From: Escherichia phage A7_1 | DNA length: 64,000 nt | Sequence record: OP795442 | Strand: one strand, 5' to 3' | Shown: positions 39,574 to 48,626 of the stretch, one piece after another | Layout of the letters: each line of letters starts with the position of its first letter | Position numbering within the stretch: position 1 is the stretch's first letter | Made by a program: the position numbers and the translations under genes | Notes under the pieces: generated by a model | The model's input: the letters and a program-made list of their open reading frames with translations, nothing else | What the model was told of the DNA's origin: nothing | The model's database searches: none

Positions 39574-39840
39574 TTATAACTTTTCTTTACCTAAAGTAAG
39601 ACTAATTTCGAAAGTTTTTGTTATAACTTTGTCGTCTTTGTCGAAGAAATCGAATTGGACATAACTCTCGGTCGAACTGACAACCAGACCTACAGAGACA
39701 GTCCCTTCTGGTACGAGAGCCTTATATTCTTCTTTTAGCACAACGTCGTAAAAATACAACGCTCCACAATAAACTTCATCCCAACCATCAAAAGATTCGA
39801 TGAAAGCTTTTTCAATACCAACTAAAGTATTTTCTGACAT
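39574..39840 (-). CDS. hypothetical protein
   Basis: 88 aa ORF; no motif recognised. Confidence 0.45.
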   Translation of the reverse strand: MSENTLVGIEKAFIESFDGWDEVYCGALYFYDVVLKEEYKALVPEGTVSVGLVVSSTESYVQFDFFDKDDKVITKTFEISLTLGKEKL

Positions 39841-39863
39841 TATATTATCCTCTTCGTTTCAAG

Positions 39864-40130
39864 TTAGATATAGTCTACACCAGCTTGTTCCAACAAGTCA
39901 AGTCTCAATTTAAGTTCTTTTTCACGATAATCGGAAACAAGTTTATCCTTTTTCTTTTCTTCTTCCTCAAACTGTTCGAGAGGAAGAATACGAATAATGT
40001 GTTCTGCCTTCATGTAGGACGTTGAACCAATAAGCTGAACATTACCATTTGGTAACAATCGGCCCTTGATCACCCGATAACGAGGGAACAAGTCATATTT
40101 AACAATCGCGGTAACTGCTAGATTACTCAT
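39864..40130 (-). CDS. hypothetical protein
   Basis: 88 aa; Glu/Lys-rich helical C-terminus. Confidence 0.45.
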   Translation of the reverse strand: MSNLAVTAIVKYDLFPRYRVIKGRLLPNGNVQLIGSTSYMKAEHIIRILPLEQFEEEEKKKDKLVSDYREKELKLRLDLLEQAGVDYI

Positions 40131-40500
40131 GTGTATTCTCCATATCGCGAATTCGATCTTCTACCCAACCACGACGATAAATGTTGAGGTAAGATTTACC
40201 TTTTGAACCATGATGGGCATATTCGTCAAAATCAAAATCGAAAGGTGTCTCGGTGTTAAGACCTGCATCAAAGAATTGATTCTTCATTTCGAATTGCACT
40301 TTCATATCTGGATCATTTTTACCTAAAAATGAGGACAAATTAAAACAAAGGCCAGCACCTCGGTAAAAAGCCCCATCTTTTGGTGCACCGATATCTAACC
40401 ATTTTTTATATTCTCGGTAGAAATTCAGAAGTTGCGGACTGCTTTTCATTTTGTTCTCCTCATTTGTTTTGATAGGACTACTATAACATAGTCCTATCAA
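40123..40500 (-). CDS. hypothetical protein (paralog of 50204-50500)
   Basis: Shares WLD.GAP...GLC and FxDAGLN.EFPFD motifs with ORF 50204-50500. Likely true start is ATG 40449 after AGGAGAA (MKSSPQ...); a palindrome lies at 40471-40498. Confidence 0.5.
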   Translation of the reverse strand: MIGLCYSSPIKTNEENKMKSSPQLLNFYREYKKWLDIGAPKDGAFYRGAGLCFNLSSFLGKNDPDMKVQFEMKNQFFDAGLNTETPFDFDFDEYAHHGSKGKSYLNIYRRGWVEDRIRDMENTHE

Positions 40501-40582
40501 CTTGTATACTATTTAATTAAAGATTTTATGAATACTTGGTAGGACCCTTCTTTAAATACTCATCTGGATAATAAAAATCATC

Positions 40583-40960
40583 CTATACTCCAAATGTGGA
40601 TTTGATTTCAGCAATAACCTCATGCACATTGTTTTCGTTTACTTCAAATGTGTAGGACGTTGGTTTAAGGAACGTCTGAGGTGAAACATTAACAAAGAAT
40701 TCAAATTCATCATCAAAAATTTCAAAGTATTTTCCCGGTGTTGATTCTTGACTTTTGAAAACAGTACCATCTTCCATAGTAACAGAAGAAACAGATTTTT
40801 CACCAAGGGTGTATGTTTTTAACTCATCAACAACGAAACTAGGACCGTGACGACGTAGTATTTCAACCATAGTTCGGTTGGCCCCGCAAATACCTGTCCG
40901 CTTAATAAATAACTCTTCACACCGAGGATTGAGAATATAAGTTTTTCCTACTTGCATCAT
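40583..40960 (-). CDS. tandem paralog family member 3
   Basis: 125 aa; shares MxxGKTYxLN, HGPxFVV, EDGxxG and C-terminal IKSTFxx with the two adjacent ORFs. Confidence 0.55.
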   Translation of the reverse strand: MMQVGKTYILNPRCEELFIKRTGICGANRTMVEILRRHGPSFVVDELKTYTLGEKSVSSVTMEDGTVFKSQESTPGKYFEIFDDEFEFFVNVSPQTFLKPTSYTFEVNENNVHEVIAEIKSTFGV

Positions 40961-40970
40961 AACAACCCCC

Positions 40971-41330
40971 TTAGGATAAGTTAAATGTGGATTTGATCAG
41001 GTCGATAGTTTCTTGTGCGTTTTGCTCAGATACTGACACCTGGATAATTTTAAGATCACTGACCTCTTCGAAGTATTTGAACTCAGATTCACGAAGTTCA
41101 AAGTACATTGCCCCACAGCCCACACTGAATGAATCACACCCTACAGCACCATCTTCTGTTGTGATGTTATTAACATACTCATCACCTTCGATCATACTCA
41201 TGTTATTAACAATAAATCGCGGCCCGTGCTCATCCAGAAAAGAAACAATCTCGTGATTGTAACTTGGGTCAGCCTTAATAAATTCTTCCACGAATTTTGG
41301 ATTAAGTTTATAAGTTTTACCTACTTCCAT
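40971..41330 (-). CDS. tandem paralog family member 2
   Basis: 119 aa; same conserved blocks as 40583-40960 and 41342-41716. Confidence 0.55.
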   Translation of the reverse strand: MEVGKTYKLNPKFVEEFIKADPSYNHEIVSFLDEHGPRFIVNNMSMIEGDEYVNNITTEDGAVGCDSFSVGCGAMYFELRESEFKYFEEVSDLKIIQVSVSEQNAQETIDLIKSTFNLS

Positions 41331-41341
41331 CTTTGTTCTCC

Positions 41342-41716
41342 TTACGCCAGGTTAAAGGTAGCTTTAATCAAATCTAAAGTTTCTTGTGCATTACTACGAG
41401 AGACGGCAACCTGAATAATAACAGGGTCTTCATCTTCCCCGACTTCTTTGAAGAAGGGAAATTCACTCTCTGCAAGTTCAAAGTATACACACTTGTTACC
41501 TTCGCAGTCGTGAAAAACGTCACTACCTAAAGTACCATCTTCAAATATGACATTGTTAACATATGCAACATTATCATAGAAGTGGGTGGTGTTGACAACA
41601 AATTTAGGACCGTGCTTATAAATAAGGTCAACCAATTCTTGATTGTAGCTAGGGTCCATATTGATAAAAGCTTTTTCTAAGTCTTTATTAAGAATGTAAG
41701 TTTTTCCGATTTCCAT
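41342..41716 (-). CDS. tandem paralog family member 1
   Basis: 124 aa; same conserved blocks (MEIGKTYILN...HGPKFVV...EDGTLG...LIKATFNLA). Confidence 0.55.
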   Translation of the reverse strand: MEIGKTYILNKDLEKAFINMDPSYNQELVDLIYKHGPKFVVNTTHFYDNVAYVNNVIFEDGTLGSDVFHDCEGNKCVYFELAESEFPFFKEVGEDEDPVIIQVAVSRSNAQETLDLIKATFNLA

Positions 41717-41736
41717 CTTTGCTCTCCTCTTATTTG

Positions 41737-41913
41737 TTGATGAATTGGCTAAGGATTTCGATAAGATCTTTAGCTTGTTTCTTGTCGAGAATCACGCTGT
41801 CTCCTGCATGGCAGATTTCAATAACATCCTCTTCTGCATGATATTCAACTTCCTTTGCATGAAAATCTTCAGTTTCTTTAATCACTTTTACAATGCGCTG
41901 TGTCATCTTGTTT
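41737..41913 (-). CDS. small hypothetical protein (58 aa, not in ORF track)
   Basis: Minus-strand ORF MTQRIVKVIKETEDFHAKEVEYHAEEDVIEICHAGDSVILDKKQAKDLIEILSQFINK with upstream GGGAGAG; fills an otherwise empty gap. Confidence 0.3.
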
Positions 41914-42016
41914 CTCTCCCTTTCTCTCTTTCATCGTTTAGTTTCGATAAGGTGATAGTACATCAACTAACCAATTATTATTTAGCAATTAGTGCTAAAC
42001 GCCATAATCAATCTTA

Positions 42017-42259
42017 TTAATTTTCATTTAATACCCTTAGTGCTCTCTTTTCACAAATATCCCTGAGCCTGATTACCTCTCCTATTAGATAGGAAATAGC
42101 CTTAGCTTGTACTGGTTCATCGTAATCCCCAACCGTCCCAAACACTTCATCGAGAGATAGGAAGAACTCTGAAGAGTAAATACTGTTTTGATCTTCTATA
42201 GCACGGTCTGCATTAAATTTAATATCTTCCAGGGCGCTATTACTGATATTCATAGTCAA
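42017..42259 (-). CDS. hypothetical protein
   Basis: 80 aa; start overlaps the upstream stop (ATGA). Confidence 0.45.
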   Translation of the reverse strand: MTMNISNSALEDIKFNADRAIEDQNSIYSSEFFLSLDEVFGTVGDYDEPVQAKAISYLIGEVIRLRDICEKRALRVLNEN

Positions 42260-42681
42260 ACTCCATAATCTATCTTAACAAGCTTCCCTTTGTAGTATCC
42301 AAAGTTTTTAGGAAATGCGTCGTACTCGAAGAAATCTCGGTCAAGGGTTCTATCTTTATCGTTATCAATCTCATCATAAAGTTTTTGTAGATCAGCTGTA
42401 AATAATTCCTTATTCTCTACTGATTTAGCCTTGTGCATCACAACCATAAGTCCGAATCTGTTTGAGTAAGCTATTGGGCATAGATGCGGGTTATTATACC
42501 CTTTCCACTGACCCTCTGTCATATTGCTGAGCATTCCCTGAACAAACGCCTTCCATGAATTAAATCTTGGGAACTTAATCGCATACTTGTTTGTGATTAT
42601 GACAATTCTCGTCCCACCACTCCTGTTTATCTGCATCTTAATATCTCCAGACCTCGTTACTTGTTTCGATGAGGGCATCAT
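42256..42681 (-). CDS. hypothetical protein with weak kinase-like motifs
   Basis: 141 aa; contains KYAIKFP (reminiscent of a kinase VAIK beta3 lysine) and C-terminal KIDYG (DFG-like). Too short for a full kinase; call is tentative. Confidence 0.45.
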   Translation of the reverse strand: MMPSSKQVTRSGDIKMQINRSGGTRIVIITNKYAIKFPRFNSWKAFVQGMLSNMTEGQWKGYNNPHLCPIAYSNRFGLMVVMHKAKSVENKELFTADLQKLYDEIDNDKDRTLDRDFFEYDAFPKNFGYYKGKLVKIDYGV

Positions 42682-42718
42682 ACCAGAATGAATCTGTGTG
42701 TCAACACTTTTTATTCAG

Positions 42719-42748
42719 ATAATAAAAAACCACCCCGAAGGGTGGTTT
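42719..42748 (-). terminator. rho-independent terminator (minus strand)
   Basis: Minus strand reads AACCACC-CTTCGG-GGTGGTT followed by TTTTTTATT; just downstream of the stop at 42752. Confidence 0.7.
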
Positions 42749-42751
42749 AAA

Positions 42752-43276
42752 TTAATTGCACAGGATGGTCTTTATAGCTGCATCAACTTCTGGACCTTCC
42801 TTACCGATAAAAGAAGCAAGACCCTTAAGTTTACAGGCTTCATACACTGCCCTAGCTTCTTCTTTTGTCCTGTATCTCCCAATATGTTTTTTGTTGATCT
42901 TGACCCTCCATTTCTGGCGATCTTCTTCCCAAGATATGCCTTTTCTTTTTGTCCAGTAACGATTAAGGTCACCGGAGATAAACAGGCAGGTTTCTGGTGA
43001 ATATACCTTACCGCCTTTTAAATCTTTATCAAGGCACTTCCCCTTCCAATCCTTTGTTTGCATCCACGCTTTGAAATTGCTAAACCTGAGCCACTCTTCA
43101 CAGACGGTAGTCCCCTCATAAGAGGGGTCCCTTGACAAAGCGCCCTGATCGTAACAACGTTGAAGCATACTCATCCATCGCATGTAGAATGGGCACATCT
43201 TTTCGTCTGGCCTAACATTGTAACCTGCGTCGTTTATACCCTTTCCGTAAACCATAAAAAACTCCTTATAAATCAA
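42752..43276 (-). CDS. AP2-domain DNA-binding protein (homing endonuclease-associated family)
   Basis: 174 aa; C-terminal KGISWEEDRQKWRVKINKKHIGRYRTKEEARAVYE fits the AP2 pattern (G.SW....KW...I....IG.Y....A..AY); directly downstream of the DNA polymerase. Confidence 0.5.
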   Translation of the reverse strand: MIYKEFFMVYGKGINDAGYNVRPDEKMCPFYMRWMSMLQRCYDQGALSRDPSYEGTTVCEEWLRFSNFKAWMQTKDWKGKCLDKDLKGGKVYSPETCLFISGDLNRYWTKRKGISWEEDRQKWRVKINKKHIGRYRTKEEARAVYEACKLKGLASFIGKEGPEVDAAIKTILCN

Positions 43277-43282
43277 TAACTA

Positions 43283-45937
43283 CTAATGGCACGCCCCCCA
43301 GTTCATCCCTGTGAGGTATTCTCCAGTTATCATCACTGGTGATTTCATCATCTTAGCTGCTTGTTCGACACAACGAACAACCATCTCTCCTACAGGGCAG
43401 TATGTAATAGTGAAGATACCATTTTCATCAGGATCACACTTAAACTTCCCTTCTTTCACACAATGACCATCTAAGACCATCTTCTTAGCCAAGCAAGCTT
43501 CTACAAATTTTTTCGCGTCAGCTTCGTTGTCAAAGGTCCAGGTCTTCTTGAACTTGTGTGGCACTTCAAGCTGGTATTCATCATGATAGTAAATGATACG
43601 GCGAACACCTTCATCATACCAACCTTTCTTAACCAACTGCCAGTGCAGGAGGATACCTACCAAGTCAAACAGTGCAGCACCACCATTCTGCTGATAAGCA
43701 TTAAGCAATGAGTGTTTGGAACGAGTGTAGATCTTACGTCCATCAAGACCGTAGATGAATCGCTTACCGTTAGCTTCCCAAAACTTCTCTAGTGCTTCTT
43801 TACGACCTTTCAAGCCGATGTTGCTATCCCAGAATGCGTCGATTACTGCCTGGGCCTTCTCAAGAGTGATCCCCAGCATTGATGCAATCTTCGCTGCCTG
43901 TGCCCCGTACATAATTCCGTATGTCACACCTTTACCTTCACCACGAGAAACCTTCTTCCCTGCCGCTTTGGTATACGCTTCTGCGTTTCGGGAGTGAGCA
44001 TCTCCAGATTCCATGATACGAAGATAAGCGCCACCATCGAAATCATACGCGCCCCATGCCGCGATCATACCTTCCAAGTTTGAACCGTCGATACCTACCT
44101 GATATTTACCCTCGGAGGCTCTAAACAGTTCACGCATCTCTTTACCGAGAAGAACTTTCTCATCCGGCTTAGGTACGTTTGCTACGATCGTATGCTTACG
44201 ACGACCTGTGTTAGTTATTCCACTATAACGGGCCGGAAGTTTACCGTCAACCCGTAGACGTGGATGGTTAAGCCATCCGGTATCAACCTTCTCTTCTTTC
44301 AGTGGGTCAAGAACAGATCGTCGGTTACGTAAAGACAGCCATTTAACAATCTGTTTAGCCATTTCACCATCTACTCGCTCAAGGTTAGGGCAAAGACCCT
44401 GCTGATCCTTAAGTTGTGGAGATGTTGGTAATGCACGGGCTTTCTTCCTGAAGAACTTATACATCTTCTCTTTATCTTGCCACTGCTTACCACTGATACC
44501 TAAACTTTTCAGAATCAGATCGCGATATTCAGTCTGGTCAAGATCATCAATATATTGACGAACAATGATATCGACTTCGTTATCGGGACGTTGTTTCTTA
44601 AACTGGTCCTTCGTCGCATCTTTAGTTCGCCACAATGTTGGGACCCAACCAGCATCACGAATAAGGAATTTTTTAACGTCATCCTGATTACCAATACGCA
44701 TCGGGATCATAATGTCCGGCATCTTTTGTTCTTTGATATCCATCAAAGCACGAGCCATATCTTCCGGCGGCAAAGGAACAAGCCCTTGCTGCTTAACGTT
44801 TTGTGCACGGATAAAATCACCCATTTTGGATTCATCTTCTACACCGTGTTCAACACAATACTTGATCGCGGCGGCAGTAAGAGATCCGTCAGCCTTAAAC
44901 GGCTTACTTGGTGCACCTTTAAACTCTAATGCTTCCCAATTGATATTATAACCTAACTTCTCTAACCATTTCCAACCTGTACCGGAAAGAGATCCATCAC
45001 CCTTGAAAGGCTTAGATGGGAATGTCGGTTGTGCTGATTTCGACATTTCTTTCTTCGGTAACTTAGGTTCAACCTCTAACTCAATGTCTGTCATCATCTT
45101 ATCGATACGATCACGGAGCTTGAGTGCTTTTTCTTCATCAAATGAAACACCCTGAATCTCTTGCTCAATCATCAGGTAGTCGGTCAGCATACCTCGACGC
45201 AGGGCATTCTTCCAGTTGATCATTTTAAACTTCTTCTGATCTTTGTCTGTTTCATCCTTAAACATGAAGCGTTTATCATCTGGCATGGATTCACAAGAGA
45301 TCTCTTTCATCAGAGCATCCCACACCATTTCGTTGATAATTACGTCTTCAATAATACGATCGCAATATTTCCAAAGTGGAAGGCCACGCCAATCTTCAAT
45401 CGCCACTTTCTGGTTGGCTACTCGCATACCCCAAGCTTCAAGCCCGTGAGGGCCTACAGGCTTCATTTTACCTGTGACTGGGTTCTTTACCATCTCGGGA
45501 CAACCACGAGGCAGAGGGCGATCTGGATACAATGTACGGGACATTGAAAGTGTATCGAAGATGTTTACTTGTTTACCATTAATCGTACCCATGCAACCAG
45601 GGTCTGCAAACATATCGTAAGTTGTTCCAAGCATCTTCTTAAACAACTGGAGGTCGTAGCCGAAGATGTTGTGGATAGCAATTGCTTTAGGCTCTGTGAC
45701 AAACCACTCGTTTAATTCCTCAATGGTCCGAATCTTAAAGTTTTTACCTTTAGATTGGATAAATTTAACAGCTTGATCGTAACCTTCCCGCTGGGGATCA
45801 AGAAAGATGTTCCAGTTATCTTTTTTATACTCTTTAAACAAGACGCAGTGAATCAGATCAACCTCTGTCAATAGACCATTCGCTTCCGCATCTCCAATAA
45901 ATAAGCCTTTCATTTTTTCTCCTTCTTCAAGCTCCAA
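43283..45937 (-). CDS. DNA polymerase, family A (T7 gp5 / Pol I-like) with 3'-5' exonuclease
   Basis: 884 aa; exo I motif FIGDAEANG (D.E) at N-terminus; motif B RGEGKGVTYGIMYGAQAAK and motif C YYHDEYQ. Confidence 0.9.
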   Translation of the reverse strand: MELEEGEKMKGLFIGDAEANGLLTEVDLIHCVLFKEYKKDNWNIFLDPQREGYDQAVKFIQSKGKNFKIRTIEELNEWFVTEPKAIAIHNIFGYDLQLFKKMLGTTYDMFADPGCMGTINGKQVNIFDTLSMSRTLYPDRPLPRGCPEMVKNPVTGKMKPVGPHGLEAWGMRVANQKVAIEDWRGLPLWKYCDRIIEDVIINEMVWDALMKEISCESMPDDKRFMFKDETDKDQKKFKMINWKNALRRGMLTDYLMIEQEIQGVSFDEEKALKLRDRIDKMMTDIELEVEPKLPKKEMSKSAQPTFPSKPFKGDGSLSGTGWKWLEKLGYNINWEALEFKGAPSKPFKADGSLTAAAIKYCVEHGVEDESKMGDFIRAQNVKQQGLVPLPPEDMARALMDIKEQKMPDIMIPMRIGNQDDVKKFLIRDAGWVPTLWRTKDATKDQFKKQRPDNEVDIIVRQYIDDLDQTEYRDLILKSLGISGKQWQDKEKMYKFFRKKARALPTSPQLKDQQGLCPNLERVDGEMAKQIVKWLSLRNRRSVLDPLKEEKVDTGWLNHPRLRVDGKLPARYSGITNTGRRKHTIVANVPKPDEKVLLGKEMRELFRASEGKYQVGIDGSNLEGMIAAWGAYDFDGGAYLRIMESGDAHSRNAEAYTKAAGKKVSRGEGKGVTYGIMYGAQAAKIASMLGITLEKAQAVIDAFWDSNIGLKGRKEALEKFWEANGKRFIYGLDGRKIYTRSKHSLLNAYQQNGGAALFDLVGILLHWQLVKKGWYDEGVRRIIYYHDEYQLEVPHKFKKTWTFDNEADAKKFVEACLAKKMVLDGHCVKEGKFKCDPDENGIFTITYCPVGEMVVRCVEQAAKMMKSPVMITGEYLTGMNWGACH

Positions 45938-46078
45938 CTAGACTAAAACAAAGCCCAGCCGGAGGTATGACCCTTCGGCTAGGTTATCAAAAGTGTCGGT
46001 ATCCTTCATCAATAAAATAAAGCATCACTAACAGGGCGAATACCCCACATAAGAAGATCAAGCCCAATAAGGTGGGCA

Positions 46079-46354
46079 TCAGTCTTCTATTACCTCAAAT
46101 TCACCACTAAAAGCTACGATAGTTTCACCGTAGCCCATGTTCAATCGGGCAGTTGTAGGTTTGCCATTCCTAGATAGATAGTACACCCTCGCTTCGTAAA
46201 TGTCACCAACTTTTACACCGTAAGCCTGTAGGTCTTTGTTATTGATATCTTTATTTTCAGCATTGATTATTCGAACACTGCTGATCTCTGAGTATACAGA
46301 ATTATCTTTCATCAGTATTTTTCCTCTGGACGGAAAACTCCACGGCAAGCCCAC
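46079..46354 (-). CDS. hypothetical protein
   Basis: 91 aa ORF; overlaps the upstream gene by about 40 nt, so the start may be at an internal Met. Confidence 0.4.
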   Translation of the reverse strand: MGLPWSFPSRGKILMKDNSVYSEISSVRIINAENKDINNKDLQAYGVKVGDIYEARVYYLSRNGKPTTARLNMGYGETIVAFSGEFEVIED

Positions 46355-46596
46355 ATACTTGCTTCTTTGAGGCGATCTTTAGCCTTAGATAAGCAATCAG
46401 ATGCAAAAAGCACGGAATCTAGATCCCCTTCGGGAATCGAAGAGTCATTAGCCAGTCGATTATATTCCTCAATAATCTCGTCTTCTAATGCTTTTAAAAT
46501 AAGACCTAAACGAATTTCAGCATCTTTAATGGCATTCACCTTACCGATTTTTTCATCGGTGTGTGGTTTGTAGCCCTTAATGTCATCAATAGCCAT
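46312..46596 (-). CDS. hypothetical protein
   Basis: 94 aa helical ORF; ATGA overlap with the upstream gene. Confidence 0.45.
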   Translation of the reverse strand: MAIDDIKGYKPHTDEKIGKVNAIKDAEIRLGLILKALEDEIIEEYNRLANDSSIPEGDLDSVLFASDCLSKAKDRLKEASMWACRGVFRPEEKY

Positions 46597-47090
46597 TACC
46601 AGTCCTCCTCTGTTTGTTCATACTCTGAAGGGGTGATGAAGTAATTCTGACCCCGCTTGCACTGGTTGAAAGTCCCAACATACCAAGTACCGATATCCAT
46701 GTTGATGAAAGTTTCTTCTTGAACAAAGATCAGATCAGCAAGATTATTGTCTGATCGTTGGGTCGCTAACAAAATATGCTCAAAATCTGCCAACGTCATG
46801 TTATAAGAGAAACCATCTTCGTCCTCCATAACCGCAACAACAGAACTGCGCCCCTGAGTGAATTGACGAAACTGTAAACGTAAATGACGATGCTCATGTT
46901 CATTCGTCTTTACCTTTTTCCGATTTTCAAAGTATTCTTCGGAATAATACGGATGCTTTAACTTTAGCTTTTCAATCTCTTCTAAAGAAAGAGCGTCCTT
47001 GTCCCAACCAGTGAACCATTTACCGTTATGATCAAATACCGCAGGGTATTTACGCTTACTTAAATCTTTAAACATCATAATCCTCCCCAT
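46596..47090 (-). CDS. hypothetical protein
   Basis: 164 aa; His-rich segment (EHEHRH). Confidence 0.5.
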   Translation of the reverse strand: MGRIMMFKDLSKRKYPAVFDHNGKWFTGWDKDALSLEEIEKLKLKHPYYSEEYFENRKKVKTNEHEHRHLRLQFRQFTQGRSSVVAVMEDEDGFSYNMTLADFEHILLATQRSDNNLADLIFVQEETFINMDIGTWYVGTFNQCKRGQNYFITPSEYEQTEEDW

Positions 47091-47400
47091 AAATATCTTG
47101 AATTTTTGAACTTAGGTATTCAGGATCGCTACCATCATACCAGACTTCTACGAAAACCTTTTGGGAACCTTTAACGATCTTTGCACCGACTCTTTCAATA
47201 CCTTTAAAGAAAGATTGCAAGATGTAATCATCTAACACGTTTACTCCATAAGCATCGTGGAGGGATTTTTCATTGTGAACATACACAACCATCTTACCAT
47301 CATAGGTGATTTGGATATGGGGATCATCTTCCCAAGTAATAGCCGGAGAATCCGGCTCAAGCTTTGCAATAACACCAATAGTCAATCGGTTGTCACTCAC
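47068..47400 (-). CDS. hypothetical protein
   Basis: 110 aa; start overlaps the stop of the GHKL-like gene (ATGA). Confidence 0.5.
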   Translation of the reverse strand: MSDNRLTIGVIAKLEPDSPAITWEDDPHIQITYDGKMVVYVHNEKSLHDAYGVNVLDDYILQSFFKGIERVGAKIVKGSQKVFVEVWYDGSDPEYLSSKIQDIYGEDYDV

Positions 47401-48614
47401 TCTTTACCCCCTGCGATGCGTAACATTTTGATAGTTTTCTCCAGTTCTTTACGAGGTTTAGCAACTAAACGACGTTCGTGTCGCTTCAGGAAGCCTTCTA
47501 AGAACTCTAGCGGTTTAAAGGATAACACTTCCTGTACTGATTCGTCAACAGCATACTCTTTCTGGACCATACGATAAACCGGATTTTTTACAGTTACAGG
47601 AGTATAACCCTTCGTGATCGCCATCTGAGTAACAACACGTTTCTTACCGTCGGTCCACGAATCGTCAATAGGGAAAGAATCTTTTCCGTATTTTTCAGCG
47701 AACAACTTAACTGCTGTCTTTGTCAGGTCGTCCTGATCTTCTTGTGACCGACTTTGACCCCAATAATAGCCACCAGAGGTCTTAGCACGACGTTCTGAGA
47801 ACAAAGCAAGGTCATCGTACTGCTCAAGAGCTAAACGCGCCAGAAGCTCGATATCGTCGCTTTCTGACAGTAGTCGGTTTGCTTCATACTTAACCTCAAA
47901 AGTATTTGCACTATCACGATCACGGTCAAGAGTAAAGGCTTCCGGCTTAAAATCATAATCGAATTTAAAATTACCTGGAACACGAGTAACGAACAGTCCA
48001 TTTACAAACAGGTTGCAGTCGCCACCTGTGATAGAGCCATCCTCTTCTTCATTTTGGTATTCGTCCGCAGCATTGTATAGCTTAGTATAAGCTTTACCGC
48101 GGTCATTCTGAATAACGACTGTACGTTCAGTAGTTGGTGCATAGTTATCCATAATTTCCGACATAGCGTACTGAGGGATGTTTTCAATGATAACGGTCAC
48201 AGTATTTGAATCACGACCCGATAAGGCGTTTTCATGGATATCCACCGCCAAAATGTTCTGTTCGTATGTGGTATCGTAAACCATATTTGGAATCCAAAGA
48301 TCATTACCATTTTCGATAACGATATCTGCGCCTTCACGAACAAGCACCAGAAGACCCACTTTCAGACCTTCACCAAACTTACCGATCTTACTGTCATCAT
48401 CACGTTTGGTTGAAACACCCATCAAAAGGCCGGAAACAGGAACAACACCGCCACGAGAGATGATTGTGATCTTACCTTGATTACTATCATCATTCCCAAA
48501 ATAAATATTGAAATCTTCTGTATCGATAGCATTTTGCATGAGTTCACGAGCACCTTGCCACCATGACCAGTGGCTGACGTAATTTTCAGTGATGCTCAAT
48601 TTAATCTGTTTCAT
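47397..48614 (-). CDS. GHKL-family (Hsp90 / MutL / MORC-like) ATPase-domain protein
   Basis: 405 aa; N-box-like ELMQNAIDT (consensus EL..NA.DA) followed by Gly-rich boxes (RGG; GKFGEGLKVG), the Bergerat ATP-binding fold; C-terminal 200 aa unassigned. Confidence 0.6.
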   Translation of the reverse strand: MKQIKLSITENYVSHWSWWQGARELMQNAIDTEDFNIYFGNDDSNQGKITIISRGGVVPVSGLLMGVSTKRDDDSKIGKFGEGLKVGLLVLVREGADIVIENGNDLWIPNMVYDTTYEQNILAVDIHENALSGRDSNTVTVIIENIPQYAMSEIMDNYAPTTERTVVIQNDRGKAYTKLYNAADEYQNEEEDGSITGGDCNLFVNGLFVTRVPGNFKFDYDFKPEAFTLDRDRDSANTFEVKYEANRLLSESDDIELLARLALEQYDDLALFSERRAKTSGGYYWGQSRSQEDQDDLTKTAVKLFAEKYGKDSFPIDDSWTDGKKRVVTQMAITKGYTPVTVKNPVYRMVQKEYAVDESVQEVLSFKPLEFLEGFLKRHERRLVAKPRKELEKTIKMLRIAGGKE

Positions 48615-48626
48615 TTATTTGTCCTC

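Noticed and set aside
44555-45547. Plus-strand ORFs 44555-44929, 44712-44951, 45161-45547 and 45243-45449
   Set aside because: All lie antisense within the 884 aa DNA polymerase gene, whose family A motifs are intact on the minus strand.
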